From Eledone cirrhosa (taxonomy: Eukaryota): DNA of 64,000 nucleotides. Of this stretch, positions 11,292 through 23,718 are shown in pieces (the stretch's first letter is position 1; every line of letters starts with the position of its first letter). Location of the stretch: NCBI GenBank assembly GCA_964016885.1, contig OZ024745.1, forward strand, positions 131,688,001 to 131,752,000. Direction: 5' to 3'. A model generated the notes under the pieces. It saw nothing but the letters and a program-made list of their open reading frames with translations. It did no database searches and was not told the origin of the DNA. Made by a program: the position numbers and the translations under genes.

Positions 11292-12807
11292 TACTTATTT
11301 TACCACCCTTAAAGGATGCAAAGCTGACAATGGAGCCAAATTAAATATTGTGAGAGAAATCCACCACTCCAATATCTTTACCAACTCATCACCCATAATG
11401 GAGTTCCAGTCAACAAGGGAACCTCCACATGGTCTTTCAACTTCCCAGAAACAGCAGCCAAAACTCCATTAAATTACATTCTACCATCTTGAAAAATGAA
11501 GGTGGCATTAGAGAACGTTGTATTGGATATGCAATGAACAGAAGTATGATGAGATAGTCACAGTTGGAAGGTCTTTGATCATAGGTCTGTCCTATCAGGT
11601 TTATCTGGGGCTAAATAACTCAGTACTCAAAATTAAATGTAAATTAAATGATGAATTTAAGCTAAAATGAGCCAAGAAGTCACATATTTTCACCAACATC
11701 TGTAGTCAAGCAATCTTAATGAGTATATGTTAAATAGAATAGTATCTACAGGAAGCTAGCTATTGTTGTTAACTCTGATTAAGTATATCTACTATTAAAT
11801 ATGTTCCAGTGTCTTTAATTAGAACTGTATTGTGCAACACATCCTTTAATATTTGAATATAGAAGCTATTTCTAGCAAGTCATGTGACTCCGTAAACACA
11901 CCTCTTCCTTAGCTTGACCGCCAGCAGTTAGCAAATTAATCTAGTTGCTGTTGGATGTTTAGGCTTTCTCTCTTATTATGTATTTAAAAAGATACAGGAC
12001 CACTAGTTTCCAGAAAATTGATGGTGTAGCAAATAGGTAGTAACACTGTGATTTTGATAAATTTTCTTTTTACAATCTTTATGGATGATACTTGACACAA
12101 CACAGTATTAACTAAGGTTTCATTGCAACTCCATCAATATACATATAACCGGCTGTGGATCCAATTCAGTGAAGAGAAAATAGTCCCTAAAGAATGACAA
12201 CTAAAGTTACTGGGAACAATTTCAAGTGCCAAATGGTTTAGGTTTGTACATGACTTAATTTAAGGCATGTGTACACAATAATACATCTCAGTTGCCAAAA
12301 GCAATCAATATGTAATGGATTAAACATTCCTATTTACAATATAGTGAAACTGAAGGTAAATCACATCAGGGAAAAAAATAAAGATGTAAAAGAAGTTAGA
12401 AGCTTTAGAAGTATATGTAAATAAACTGGCATCATGAAAGACAAACCATCTTCCTGTCTCTCTTCCAAGCCACTAGACCTTAGGCTACATGATCTATCAG
12501 AGGACTACAGAGTTTTAGAACAAACTTGCAGCAAATTAATCTAAGCCTGACAACAAGTCCAATAACAGGATTAATTCTCTATTGCTTCCAATATTATGAT
12601 ATACGCCAATTACATCTCACAAAACAAACTTTACCTTGCTTGCCATCGTGGAATGCTAGCCATGTATTATTGCTTCACTATATTTCTTTTTCATCTGCCT
12701 CTAGTAATAAATTTGTTGTACTTATGTTTGAGCACATGCATAGATATCTTTTATAGATGATAGTGATGGATGGTTTGATAAATTATCTGTGCACATATGT
12801 GACTTAC

Positions 12808-12890
12808 ATTGATAAACACCTGTCTCGTTCCACTAATGTCATCCTTATACAAAGGACATATGTAACTTCTTTCACAGCTGCGAAGGAAAC
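12808..12890 (-). CDS. Candidate exon (83 nt; two frames open, e.g. [28 protein letters not shown])
   Basis: ttttttattctgtcatag acceptor and AT|gtaagt donor. Confidence 0.3.
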
Positions 12891-13013
12891 CTATGACAGA
12901 ATAAAAAAAAATCTCCAAGCACAAGATGATTCTTCATATTTAAACCTCTTTAGAAAAACATATAATTGTCAGCTTATTGACAAAACATTGATAAATTGCA
13001 TATATGTATGTAT

Positions 13014-13087
<74 letters not shown>

Positions 13088-13120
13088 TGATATATATATA
13101 TCATGATATATATATATATA

Positions 13121-14413
13121 TTCCAAACATGGAAGCATGGCCTAGAATCAAAAGGCCTTAAAATTAACCTGTCTAAGACTAAAGTTCTAGTTTGTAGGAA
13201 GGAAAATAGGGCGCCGGTCCCACCCGGGAAATAGCCATGCTCAGTGTGTAGGAAAGGAGTAGGTAGAAACTCCATTTTATGTCCCAAATGCAAAGTATGG
13301 GTGCATAAAAGATGTAGTGGGATCACAGGTAAGCTAACTAAGAACATAGATTTTATATGTGGCCGGTGCTCTGGGGCAATAAGTAGCAGCAAGTGCCCAC
13401 ACAATACTAGCTCACTCCATTGCACAGATGGTTCTATAGAAATAGTGGATACCTTCCGTTACCTGGGTGACAAAATCAGCAGTGGGGGAGGGTGCTCTGA
13501 AAGTACAGTAGCTAGAGTCAGAATGGGATGGAAAAAGTTCAGAGAGCTTATACCACTATTAGCCGCTAAAGGGTTCTCCCTAAAAATGAAAGGCAGGTTG
13601 TATGATGCCTGCATACGAACAACAATGTTGCATGGCAGTGAGACCTGGGCATTGTGTGCAGAGGATATACGCAGACTGGAGTGGAACGAAGCTTGCATGC
13701 TCCGCTGGATGTGTAATAGTAATATATGTGAACGGCAAAGCATAAACGAACTAAGGGAAAAATTAAAAATAAGAGGGATCAGATGTTGTTTACTCGAGAG
13801 AAGACTACGTTGGTATGGTCACGTGATGCGCATGAAAGACGACAGCTGTATAAAAAAGTGAAGGGCAATAAAAATAGACAGTAGCCATGGAGTAGGCAGA
13901 CCCAGAAAAACCTGGGACGACTTGATAAATTCCGACCTCACACACTTACACCTCTCCAAGACAATGTCACTGGACCGAGACCTTTGGCGCTACACAGTAA
14001 TAGAGAAGACCTGCCTTACCTAAATACAAAGTAAAACCTACTACAGTCAGTAGGCATCTCTAACAAAATACACCCCCGTCCCACTACCCCCACCCCATCC
14101 ACACCACCCCTTTCAATGTAAAGTTATGTTGGTACCACAACATCCAGCCCGAAACAAATGAGGTCGTGTAGGTGTCATGACAAAAAAACACAGTCCACGC
14201 TGTAATGTGGCCGTGTAGGTAACACGGTAAAAACCTCCCAGTTCCACACTGTAAATGTGGTTGGTGTTAGGAAGGGCATCCAGCCGTGGAAAGCCCGCCA
14301 GACAGTCCTATGCGAGCAAGACAACCACTCTTGCCTCAAGTGGGAAAACTCCCGTCCAAACCCATGCAAGCGTGGAATATGGACGTTAAACGATGATGAT
14401 GATGATGATGATG
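13121..14413 (+). mobile_element. 5'-truncated RTE-clade LINE: RT C-terminal half with inserted PHD finger, 3' UTR and (GAT)n tail; two nonsense mutations
   Basis: [59 protein letters not shown], stop near 14023. Flanked by (TA)n on both sides. Confidence 0.95.
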
Positions 14414-14430
14414 ATATATATATATATATC

Positions 14431-14688
14431 TAGGGCGGGTAAAATTCCCGAGATCCATGGACGAGTTCTCTCCAGCGGTCTCTGTCCCTCATTATCGCTG
14501 CCATGTCCTGCATCTCCAACAGACCAGTGTCAGTCTTTAGGGCATCAACATACGTTAACCTTGTTCTTCCTCTTCCAGTGTGTCCATGTAGGGGCTCCCA
14601 TAGGAGCACTGAGTGCAATGTCAACTCTGGATGTCGGTGAGCATGTCCAGCTAACCTCAGTCTCCTCTGTGTTACTTTTGAGCTGACT
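14431..14688 (-). mobile_element. RTE LINE 3' end, different family
   Basis: RRLRLAGHAHRHPEL..LLWEP.HG..RGR..TYVD.LK.DTGL..RD.WR; both ends lie in (TA)n. Confidence 0.85.
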
Positions 14689-14800
14689 TTTATATATATG
14701 TATATATATATAAAGAATAAGAAGTACCAAAGAGTCAATATCTATCAAATTAACACATTTCAATATTTCAATACTGTTATTATTATTAAAGTTACATAAA

Positions 14801-14990
14801 GGGCGGTGGATTGGCAGTATCAGTAGAGGGTCGGACGCCATGCTTTGACGCATAGAGTTACGGCTCTTTCCATTCTGAGTTCAAATCCCGCCGAGGTCAA
14901 CTTTGCCTTTCATCCTTACGGAGTCGATAAAATAAAGTACCAGTAATGTACTGGGTAATTGCTGGCCTTGTGCCAAAGGTAGAAACAATT
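14801..14990 (+). mobile_element. Full-length tRNA-derived SINE with a 17-bp TSD
   Basis: A-box-like tggcagtatcagt, B-box gagttcaaatcc, core ctttgcctttcatccttacggagtcgataaaataaagtaccagt. ATTATTAAAGTTACATA occurs at 14782-14798 and 14988-15004. Confidence 0.9.
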
Positions 14991-15029
14991 ATTAAAGTTA
15001 CATATATTTATATATATATATATATCACA

Positions 15030-15413
15030 ATCATCATCTAATGTCCATTTTCCACACGCTAGCATGGGTTAGACGGGTTGTCCCATTTGAGGCAAGTCAG
15101 ATCAGGTGACCGTGTCTTGCAACCATTTCTGGCTTGGTTTCTACAGCTGGATGCCCTTCCTAATGCTAACCACATTTACAGTGTGGACTGGGTGATTTTT
15201 ACTCAGCTGTAGAAATGAGATGATAGGATTGGGGTCCCTATCATTCCACTGCAAAGTGGTCATGGAGGTGCCATGGCAAAAAAGCACCCAGCACTCACTG
15301 TAAATGAGGTTGGTGTTAGGAAGGGCATTCTGCTGTAGAAATCAAGGCAGAATCAGTTCCCGTCACACCCTTGCAAGCAGGAAAAAGTGGACGTAAAATG
15401 ATGATGATGATGA
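15030..15413. mobile_element. Two RTE 3'-tail fragments in opposite orientation
   Basis: (CAT)n..gatgcccttcctaa.. (minus, about 15030-15200) and ..ttaggaagggcat..(GAT)n (plus, about 15280-15413). Confidence 0.8.
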
Positions 15414-16075
15414 TATATATATTACATACGCACATACATATATAGGGTTGACAACAATCTTGGGACACACACAAACAGAACTGGTTCTCAAATGCATTGT
15501 TGTAAGTGTAAATATAGACACATACACACACGCACACATCTATACATACATACACACACACATCCATACATGTTTGTGTGTATAAACACAGCTATGGTGT
15601 AACTTGGTGAGGAAACTAAATATTAGTTTTTTCCCTGCAGAAAACAAACAGGTTATGTAGTAGTTAATATTAATGTTTATTTTGTATTTGAAAAACATTT
15701 TATTCATAATTTTGTTACAAACAAATATGATTAATAAAATAGAGTAAGCAATAGTTTTCTGAAGTTTTTTCTAAATTTTAAACTTTGAAGCATAATTTCA
15801 TAGAAAATTCCATGCAGGTGCTGTAATGTCTTTATTTGATTTACAGTATGTTAGAAAAAAAGACCTCCCCAAAAAACTCCACTGTGGAGCACTGCCCTAC
15901 TCTCTTGCACTCGAGCAGCACACAAAAGATCATCTGATAGTTGTTCAGGTTTTTAGTAGTTTTTCATTTAATAAACTGCAACAATTATAATGAAACAATG
16001 TCTCAGTCAACTATATTGAATCTAAAGTGGTGGAGGAATAAAAACCCTTGGACTTGTCATCTACTTCCACTCTCA

Positions 16076-16248
16076 ACTACTACTACTACTACTACTACTA
16101 CCACTACTACTGCTACTACTACTACTACTACCAATACCACTGCAACTACTAGTACTACCTCTACTACTACTACTACTACTACCACCATTACTACTACTAC
16201 CACTGCTACTGCTGCTACTACTACCACCAATACCACTGCAACTACTAG

Positions 16249-16290
<42 letters not shown>

Positions 16291-16368
16291 CACTGCCACC
16301 ACTACTACAACCACCACTACTACCACCACTACTACCACTGCCACCACGACGACTATTACCACCACCAT

Positions 16369-16427
<59 letters not shown>

Positions 16428-16511
16428 TTGCTGCTGTTGCTGCTACTGCTACTACTGCTACTACTACTACCACCACTACTACCACTACCATCACTACTAC
16501 TACCACTACCA
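16076..16511. repeat. (ACT)n/(ACC)n microsatellite
   Basis: Direct reading. Confidence 0.95.
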
Positions 16512-16512
16512 A

Positions 16513-17496
16513 TATATAACAGTTAAACTGAATAAAGACCAACAGTAAGATATAGCAGTTAAACTGAATAAAGACCAACAGTAAGATATAGCAGTTAAAC
16601 TGAATAAAGAACAACAGTAAGATATAACAGTTAAACTGAATAAAGACCAACAGTAAGATATAACAGTTAAACTGAATGAAGACCAACAGTAAGATATAAC
16701 AGTTAAACTGAATGAAGACCAACAGTAAGATATAACAGTTAAACTGAATAAAGACCAACAGTAAGATATAGCAGTTAAACTGAATAAAGACCAACAGTAA
16801 GATATAACAGTTAAACTGAATAAAGACCAACAGTAAGATATAACAGTTAAACTGAATGAAGACCAACAGTAAGATATAACAGTTAAACTGAATAAAGACC
16901 AACAGTAAGATATAACAGTTAAACTGAATGAAGACCAACAGTAAGATATAACAGTTAAACTGAATGAAGACCAACAGTAAGATATAACAGTTAAACTGAA
17001 TGAAGACCAACAGTAAGATATAACAGTTAAACTGAATGAAGACCAACAGTAAGATATAACAGTTAAACTGAATAAAGACCAACAGTAAGATATAACAGTT
17101 AAACTGAATGAAGACCAACAGTAAGATATAACAGTTAAACTGAATAAAGACCAACAGTAAGATATAGCAGTTAAACTGAATAAAGACCAACAGTAAGATA
17201 TAACAGTTAAACTGAATGAAGATCAACAGTAAGATATAACAGTTAAACTGAATGAAGACCAACAGTAAGATATAACAGTTAAACTGAATAAAGACCAACA
17301 GTAAGATATAGCAGTTAAACTGAATAAAGACCAACAGTAAGATATAGCAGTTAAACTGAATAAAGACCAACAGTAAGATATAACAGTTAAACTGAATGAA
17401 GACCAACAGTAAGATATAACAGTTAAACTGAATGAAGACCAACAGTAAGATATAACAGTTAAACTGAATAAAGACCAACAGTAAGATATAACAGTT
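16513..17496. repeat. 36-bp minisatellite, about 27 copies
   Basis: Unit aacagttaaactgaataaagaccaacagtaagatat; contains the internal inverted repeat CAGTT-A-AACTG. Confidence 0.97.
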
Positions 17497-19304
17497 ATAA
17501 TCTATTACAGTCAGATTGAAACTAAAGAAAGTGACTAAGAGAGGTCAAATAATTGACCCTATTTATCAAATTCACATGAAATATATTGATTGATAGATTG
17601 ATTGATTAAACAAGATTAATGAGCAGTGATTCTAAGGAGAAAATGTTGAAGGTAGATTGAACCTTTGTGGCATTGGTGCACACTGAACTGTGGAGGAAGA
17701 TTTGGTAGCACTAGAGTCTATTAACTTTTCAGATTTATTTATGTTAAGAATCCATAACTTTCATGTTAACATCAGTAGAAAATTGGATATTTTGCAGTGA
17801 TTAGAAGCTTGTCTTCATTTTTTCTGAACTCTTTCTAAATTTTCTAAGAGTTGGTTAACCACTCGGCTGTCAAGTAAACATTCAGAAAACTCCCATCCAA
17901 CTCATATTTCTTCAATGGATTAGAAAAAAAAATAATGCGGCTTTTATACAATAAGGACTGAAAAATATTCTTCTATATCTAGGTTCAATGATTCCCATTT
18001 TTGATATTTTTACAAAGCTTGTTGAGATAAATCCTTCACTGGAAAATAGTATGGCACAAAACAGAGCAGATTTTGTAAAGTATTTAACGAAAGCATACAC
18101 AAGTATTCATTTTATCAGTTTGGATTCTATAGAGTATTAATTAAGCTGACCTTTACTGTACAAAAAGGATTTAAAAAAGACATAAAAAGATAGCATAAAG
18201 CTAAATATTTGAGATTAGAAAGGACCTTTCTCAATATAATAATCCTCGATCTCATAATGATCTCAACTATGAGCATCTTCCACACCCTTCCATAACCCTT
18301 CCACAACCCTTCCACACCCTTCCACACCCTCCAACTAACACAACTTCAACATTACAACACTTAGTTCTTTACTGAGAAAGTTGATAGAAAATAGGACACA
18401 TATACATATATACATATACACACCCATTCTCCAAACATGCACATGCGCACACACTTATATGCACACACACATATATGCACACACACATACACATACGCAC
18501 AAACAAGCACTCACATACACATACATACATACACGTGCACACATACATACATACACATGCACACACATACATGCACACAGACAAACACATACATGCACAC
18601 ACCACATACAAGCGCATGCACACACACACACACACACACACACAATACACTTACATACACATGTAGACACACTAAGAGAAGAAGACAAGAAATATGAGAA
18701 ATGAAGAAATTGTATTCTCTTTTATAAATAGCTTGTTATTTAGTAAAGTTGGATATAAAGAAGTGATTCTGGTAAAGAGTTGAAAGACATGCAAGTGAAC
18801 TTTCACAGTCCCTCCCATACAACAATGATCTTTAGGAGGGTCAACAAATACCAAATTTCTTAAAAAAGATTCTATTGTAAACACAGAGAAGGATAGAGAT
18901 AAAGAAACTTTGAGAAAGTACTATATGGAAAGTGAGTTTCATAGACTTTCACTTTCTAAGAATTGCAATATTTGATTCAAAGAAAGTCCTACAAAAAGAA
19001 AAAGAAATATTTGTTGTGAAAGGTCAAGAAGTATAATATATAAAAAATCTTTGATTTTTATTTTAATGAAATAACATTTTAAATGCTGTGGAGATGTGAT
19101 ATAGCTAAGATATTGATAAAATGATATACTGGCTGGCATTATATAAATATATTGATGTGATATATAATATTGATATAACATATTGACCTAATCTGATACT
19201 AACATATTGATGTAGTGTAACTTATTACTTGGTATCAACAATTTCAACTGGACATCACTGGGCAAAGACAATATATATATTTTACATGTGAAAGGTGAAT
19301 GATA

Positions 19305-19648
19305 ATAAGAATGCTTTCTTTATTAACCACAAGGGTTGACATAAAGTAGACATTAAGGACAGCACAGGACAGTACATGACGGTACAAATGGGTATTTCTG
19401 CGTGTAAATAACAAAAAACAAAGGATGTAACAAAAAAGAAACAAGGAAAAATTCCCCAATAGGGGGTGGGGTGTGATCTCCAAGGGTCACTCATGGAGAA
19501 AGCCCACAAAAAAAGCCATGGTTACCCTGACAGCTAGGGCAAGCGCCATCTTCCAGTCTTCCTGCTATGATACTACAGGCACACACTGAGGGCAGGCCCA
19601 TTCACACGGGCCATTCTTGCCTCTCTCACCCACCTTTCAACAAAATGG
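19305..19648 (-). mobile_element. L1/Tx1-like LINE 3' end
   Basis: Minus strand reads NHFVERWVREARMARVNGPALSVCL*, then a T-rich UTR and AATAAA. Confidence 0.6.
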
Positions 19649-19664
19649 TTGGCAGGCAGCACTT

Positions 19665-20120
19665 AATAATAATAATTGTTTCTACTATAGGCACAAGGCC
19701 AGTAATTTGGGCAGGGAAAAATCGATTGAATCAACCCCAGTGCATTACTAGTACTTTATTTTATCAACCTTGTAAGGATGAAAGGACGTAAAGGGCCGTA
19801 ACTCTATGCCGTGAAGCATAATGCCCGATACTCTACCAATACTGCCAATCCACCGCCCTAATAATTGTTTCTACTTTTGGCACAAGGCAAGCAATTACCC
19901 CAGTGAATTACTGGTACTTTATTTTATCGACCCTGTAAGCATGAAAGGCAAAGTTAACCTCGGCAGGATTTGAACTCTGTACATAAAGGGCTGTAACTCT
20001 ACACTGCAAAGTATGGCATCCAACCCTCTATCGATACAGTTAATAATAATAATAATAACAATAATAACAATAATAATAATTGTTTCTACTTTTGGTACAA
20101 GGCCAGCAATTACCCAGTAT
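19665..20120 (-). mobile_element. Tandem cluster of three SINE copies (one partial)
   Basis: Repeated aataattgtttctact.t.ggcacaagg tail and SINE core. Confidence 0.85.
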
Positions 20121-20139
20121 CACTGCTTTCACCCTTTTC

Positions 20140-20205
<66 letters not shown>

Positions 20206-20373
20206 TCTGCAGTGGTGAGACTGACGAGACCACTAATCATAGGAGAACTCATACATGGGGAGATGCAGAGTGGGTTTAGAGATATGTAAAATGCCGACCA
20301 CAATTCCAAGTGGTCGGCATTTTACATCTCTCTCTCTCAATATATATCTATATACACACACACACACACACAC

Positions 20374-20422
<49 letters not shown>

Positions 20423-20770
20423 TGTAGGTCTGAGTAAATAGCGGTAAGAAAATCCTTACTGCAAGATGCAGTGTCCCCACCTCAATCTATGAACTCTTTC
20501 TCATGAAGTGCAGTATTTTATGTAATGCTAGCGATTGAGCATAATAATTGTTTCTATTTTTGGCACAAGGCCAGCAATTACCCAGTGCATTACTGGTACT
20601 TTATTTTATTGACCTCGTAAGGATGAGCATAATAATAATATGCAATCAGCGCCCATAGACTGATGTTGTACTGAAACATGTGTTAAAGAACAAACTCTAA
20701 TTACATTTTTCTCCTATAACCTCTACTTCATACCTAGTTGTTTGTTTTTCCTAGTACTATACCTTTAAAT

Positions 20771-20818
<48 letters not shown>

Positions 20819-20870
20819 CATAAAATGGCGTAGACGTTACAATACAATAGGAGGGAGCATAATAGTACCA

Positions 20871-20903
20871 CTGATGATGTCACAAGTGTGTGATGAAAGA
20901 ACT

Positions 20904-20904
<1 letters not shown>
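20871..20904 (+). ncRNA. Truncated hammerhead-like core
   Basis: CTGATGA-TG-TCAC-AAGTGT-GTGA-T-GAAA-GAAC-TT, then (AT)n; the 3' arm of stem I is absent. Confidence 0.35.
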
Positions 20905-20935
<31 letters not shown>

Positions 20936-20986
20936 TATTAAACCTAGTTACGCCCCAATATATATATATATTAATATATATATATA

Positions 20987-21100
20987 TATTAAACGTAGTT
21001 ACGCCCCAATTTAACTTGGGATTTACACAGACACACATATATATATATATGTGTGTCTGTGTAAATCCCAAGTTAAATTGGGGCGTAACTAGGTTTAATA
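20987..21100. repeat. Palindrome with a (TA)n centre (about 57-bp arms, 1 mismatch); extra partial arm at 20936-20959
   Basis: tattaaacgtagttacgccccaatttaacttgggatttacacagacacac-(at)n-gtgtgtctgtgtaaatcccaagttaaattggggcgtaactaggtttaata. Confidence 0.95.
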
Positions 21101-21130
21101 CTTTACTCAATACATTAGTAGAGTGTAAAC

Positions 21131-21250
21131 ATCAAGTTTAATATAGAAATCGCTTCTACCATACTAGAACTGTTTCATTCAAAATAAATCACCCGGAATT
21201 TCTTTTGAATGAAACTGTTATAATCCTTTAGAAGCCATTTATATTAAACT

Positions 21251-21254
<4 letters not shown>
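21131..21254. repeat. Diverged fold-back of the same element family as 49385-49560
   Basis: atcaagtttaatata..ctagaactgtttcattc pairs with gaatgaaactgtt..tatattaaacttgat. Confidence 0.8.
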
Positions 21255-21314
<60 letters not shown>

Positions 21315-21609
21315 TTATATAATGGTGATTATGATATATATATTAATATATATATCAACTTTATTTAAAGAAATGTTTTAAATGATATAGTGATTTGATA
21401 TAAGCCATATTGGAATAAAAAGCCATTGATATGATGCTAGAAATTGATGTTATATATAAGACAATTTATAAAACAGGCTGACATAGATGTCAACATGTTG
21501 ATAAGGTGTAAAGTGATATATTACTTCCTGGGAACCAAAGATTTCAATTGCGTATGACATGTCAAAAACAATATATATATATACATATATAGATGTATTA
21601 TATATATAT

Positions 21610-21696
<87 letters not shown>

Positions 21697-21735
21697 ATAT
21701 ATTAATATTAATATATTAATCTGTTATTTTAATAA

Positions 21736-21754
<19 letters not shown>

Positions 21755-21766
<12 letters not shown>

Positions 21767-22083
21767 AAGAATCAAAGAACTGTTCAAAACATTATTGTGC
21801 TTACAGCTGTTTCCTCCAAACCGAGGTTTGGATTCTTCGGAGCAATTTATTAATGCATGGACAGTTATATGACCTCCTTTTCAGCCAAGAGACATACTGA
21901 TACATATTCAAATATTGTGGGTCAACATTCATTACAGAATTTAGAGTGGCAGTACACACTTCGAGATTACATTCATATTAAGAGGTACAATCAAAAATCA
22001 AAAATACAGGTTAAAATACAACATGAAGATAAGCGGTTATGTAGTGCAAATTGAACAGTTCTTTGATTCTTATATTTCATATA
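21755..22083. repeat. 33-bp inverted repeats (21755-21787 and 22051-22083) enclosing a hammerhead motif
   Basis: tatatgaaatataagaatcaaagaactgttcaa and ttgaacagttctttgattcttatatttcatata. Confidence 0.9.
21798..21844 (-). ncRNA. Type I hammerhead motif with a U4>C core change
   Basis: Minus strand: TGCT-CCGAAGA-A-TCCAAAC-CTCG-GTTTGGA-G-GAAA-CAGCTG (palindrome)-TA-AGCA. Confidence 0.7.
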
Positions 22084-22809
22084 ACTGCTCTGTAAATCAT
22101 CTGATGTTTTTACATTGAGCTACTTAACTTACTGGTAATAAGGTAGTAATACATTACTGCCTACCACTATTTAGGGTGTATATAAAAAATACTTATAACT
22201 GCATAAGGTTTTGTATTTACATAACCATAAATAGTATAACTAATACTATATATATATATATATATATAAATATATATATAAATATATATATATATAAATA
22301 TATATATAAATATATATATAAATATATATATATATAAATATATATATAAATATATATATATATAAATATATAAATAAATATATATATATACACATAAATA
22401 TATATATATATATATACGCATATATACACTTTCTTTGTGCAATATCAAATAGGATAACGTAAAAAGAAAATAAATGAATTTCGTTTTCAAAAATAACATT
22501 TAGAAATATCGGAGTGATGTGATACAACTAAACTACAATACTGATGTTGTATATATATATATACATACATACATATATATATACATATATATGGTAGCTG
22601 CCAACTCGTTTTCGAGTACGGCCACTACTTTATATCCATGTAGGAGAACCCCTACGGATGCGCTGAACGAGTGTGACTTTTTAGTCCAGCCAGCAAATTG
22701 AAAACTCAGATACAAACACTACGCTTGTGACAATTATTGACACATAGTGTTGGGCCCATGGTACCATGTGACGACAAGTGCAGAGAGATCTCCAGATATA
22801 AAGCAATGC

Positions 22810-23183
22810 CTGTGCCGTGAAGCTTTTATAGTGAGCAAAGGCATTGCACAAAGCCAGTCCCACTCTCTTAACCAAGATGATATTTACCAAAAAGAAGAAC
22901 AAGTCAACATCATTGGATACCATCAGAGTTGCAGGTGTTATATCAGAGTTTTCCTTCTCCTAGAATTCTGCCTTGACAAAGGCTAAGGGGTCATCTCTCC
23001 CGGTGATTTTGGATGGCCATTGACTCTTAAGAGCTCCTTTTCCCTTTGACAGGTTTTGTTTTTAGTCCTGCAGGATGTCCAAAGTCACCCTCCTCACCAA
23101 GTAATCTTGGTGGGGTTGCCAGTTTAGTCGCCAACGACCCGACCATGAGACAGGTTGTACTGGGATACATGTTACCAGTAGCA
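22810..23183 (-). mobile_element. Interspersed repeat resembling an RTE 5' region; second copy at about 61095-61470
   Basis: Both loci share caccctcctcac.aag.aa.cttggtggg.ttgccagtttagtc.ccaacgacccgaccatg. Confidence 0.6.
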
Positions 23184-23218
23184 TATATATATATATATAT
23201 ACATATATATACATATAC

Positions 23219-23414
<196 letters not shown>

Positions 23415-23676
23415 GGAAAAAATGAAACAAAATTTCATTTCTCACTCTTAGTACGGCTGTTACTTAAATATAAGTATATATACGTACATACATATATGTA
23501 TACAGACGTACAGTAGTATGTATATATATACACACATGCACACATATATATATGTATGTATGGATTTACTGAACATTTATTATAATGCTCGGTTTGTTTG
23601 TAAACAAACATCCCGAATTAAGCCGTACAGTGTTTAGCAACCATCGTTGCCCTTTTGTTCAACACTGACAAAGGAA

Positions 23677-23718
23677 CGATGTACTAGTTTCAAGTTTATT
23701 AGCTATCGTCAGCAGATG
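23677..23718 (-). ncRNA. Degenerate hammerhead motif
   Basis: Minus strand: CTGACGA-TAGCTAATAAACTT-GAAA-CTAG (palindrome)-TA. The core is intact but stems I and II pair poorly. Confidence 0.4.

Noticed and set aside
14801-14895. tRNA gene
   Set aside because: The A and B boxes belong to a SINE head with core, tail and TSD; there is no cloverleaf.
15941-17478. Mucin-like poly-Thr ORF and 473-aa hydrophobic ORF
   Set aside because: They come from (ACT)n plus the 36-bp array. The ORFs at 25348-26917, 36934-39461 and 60390-61043 are rejected for the same reason.
20660-20682. CTGATGT-TGTACT-GAAA-CATG-TG hammerhead-like string
   Set aside because: Two core positions are wrong and stems I and II do not form; at best a dead relic.
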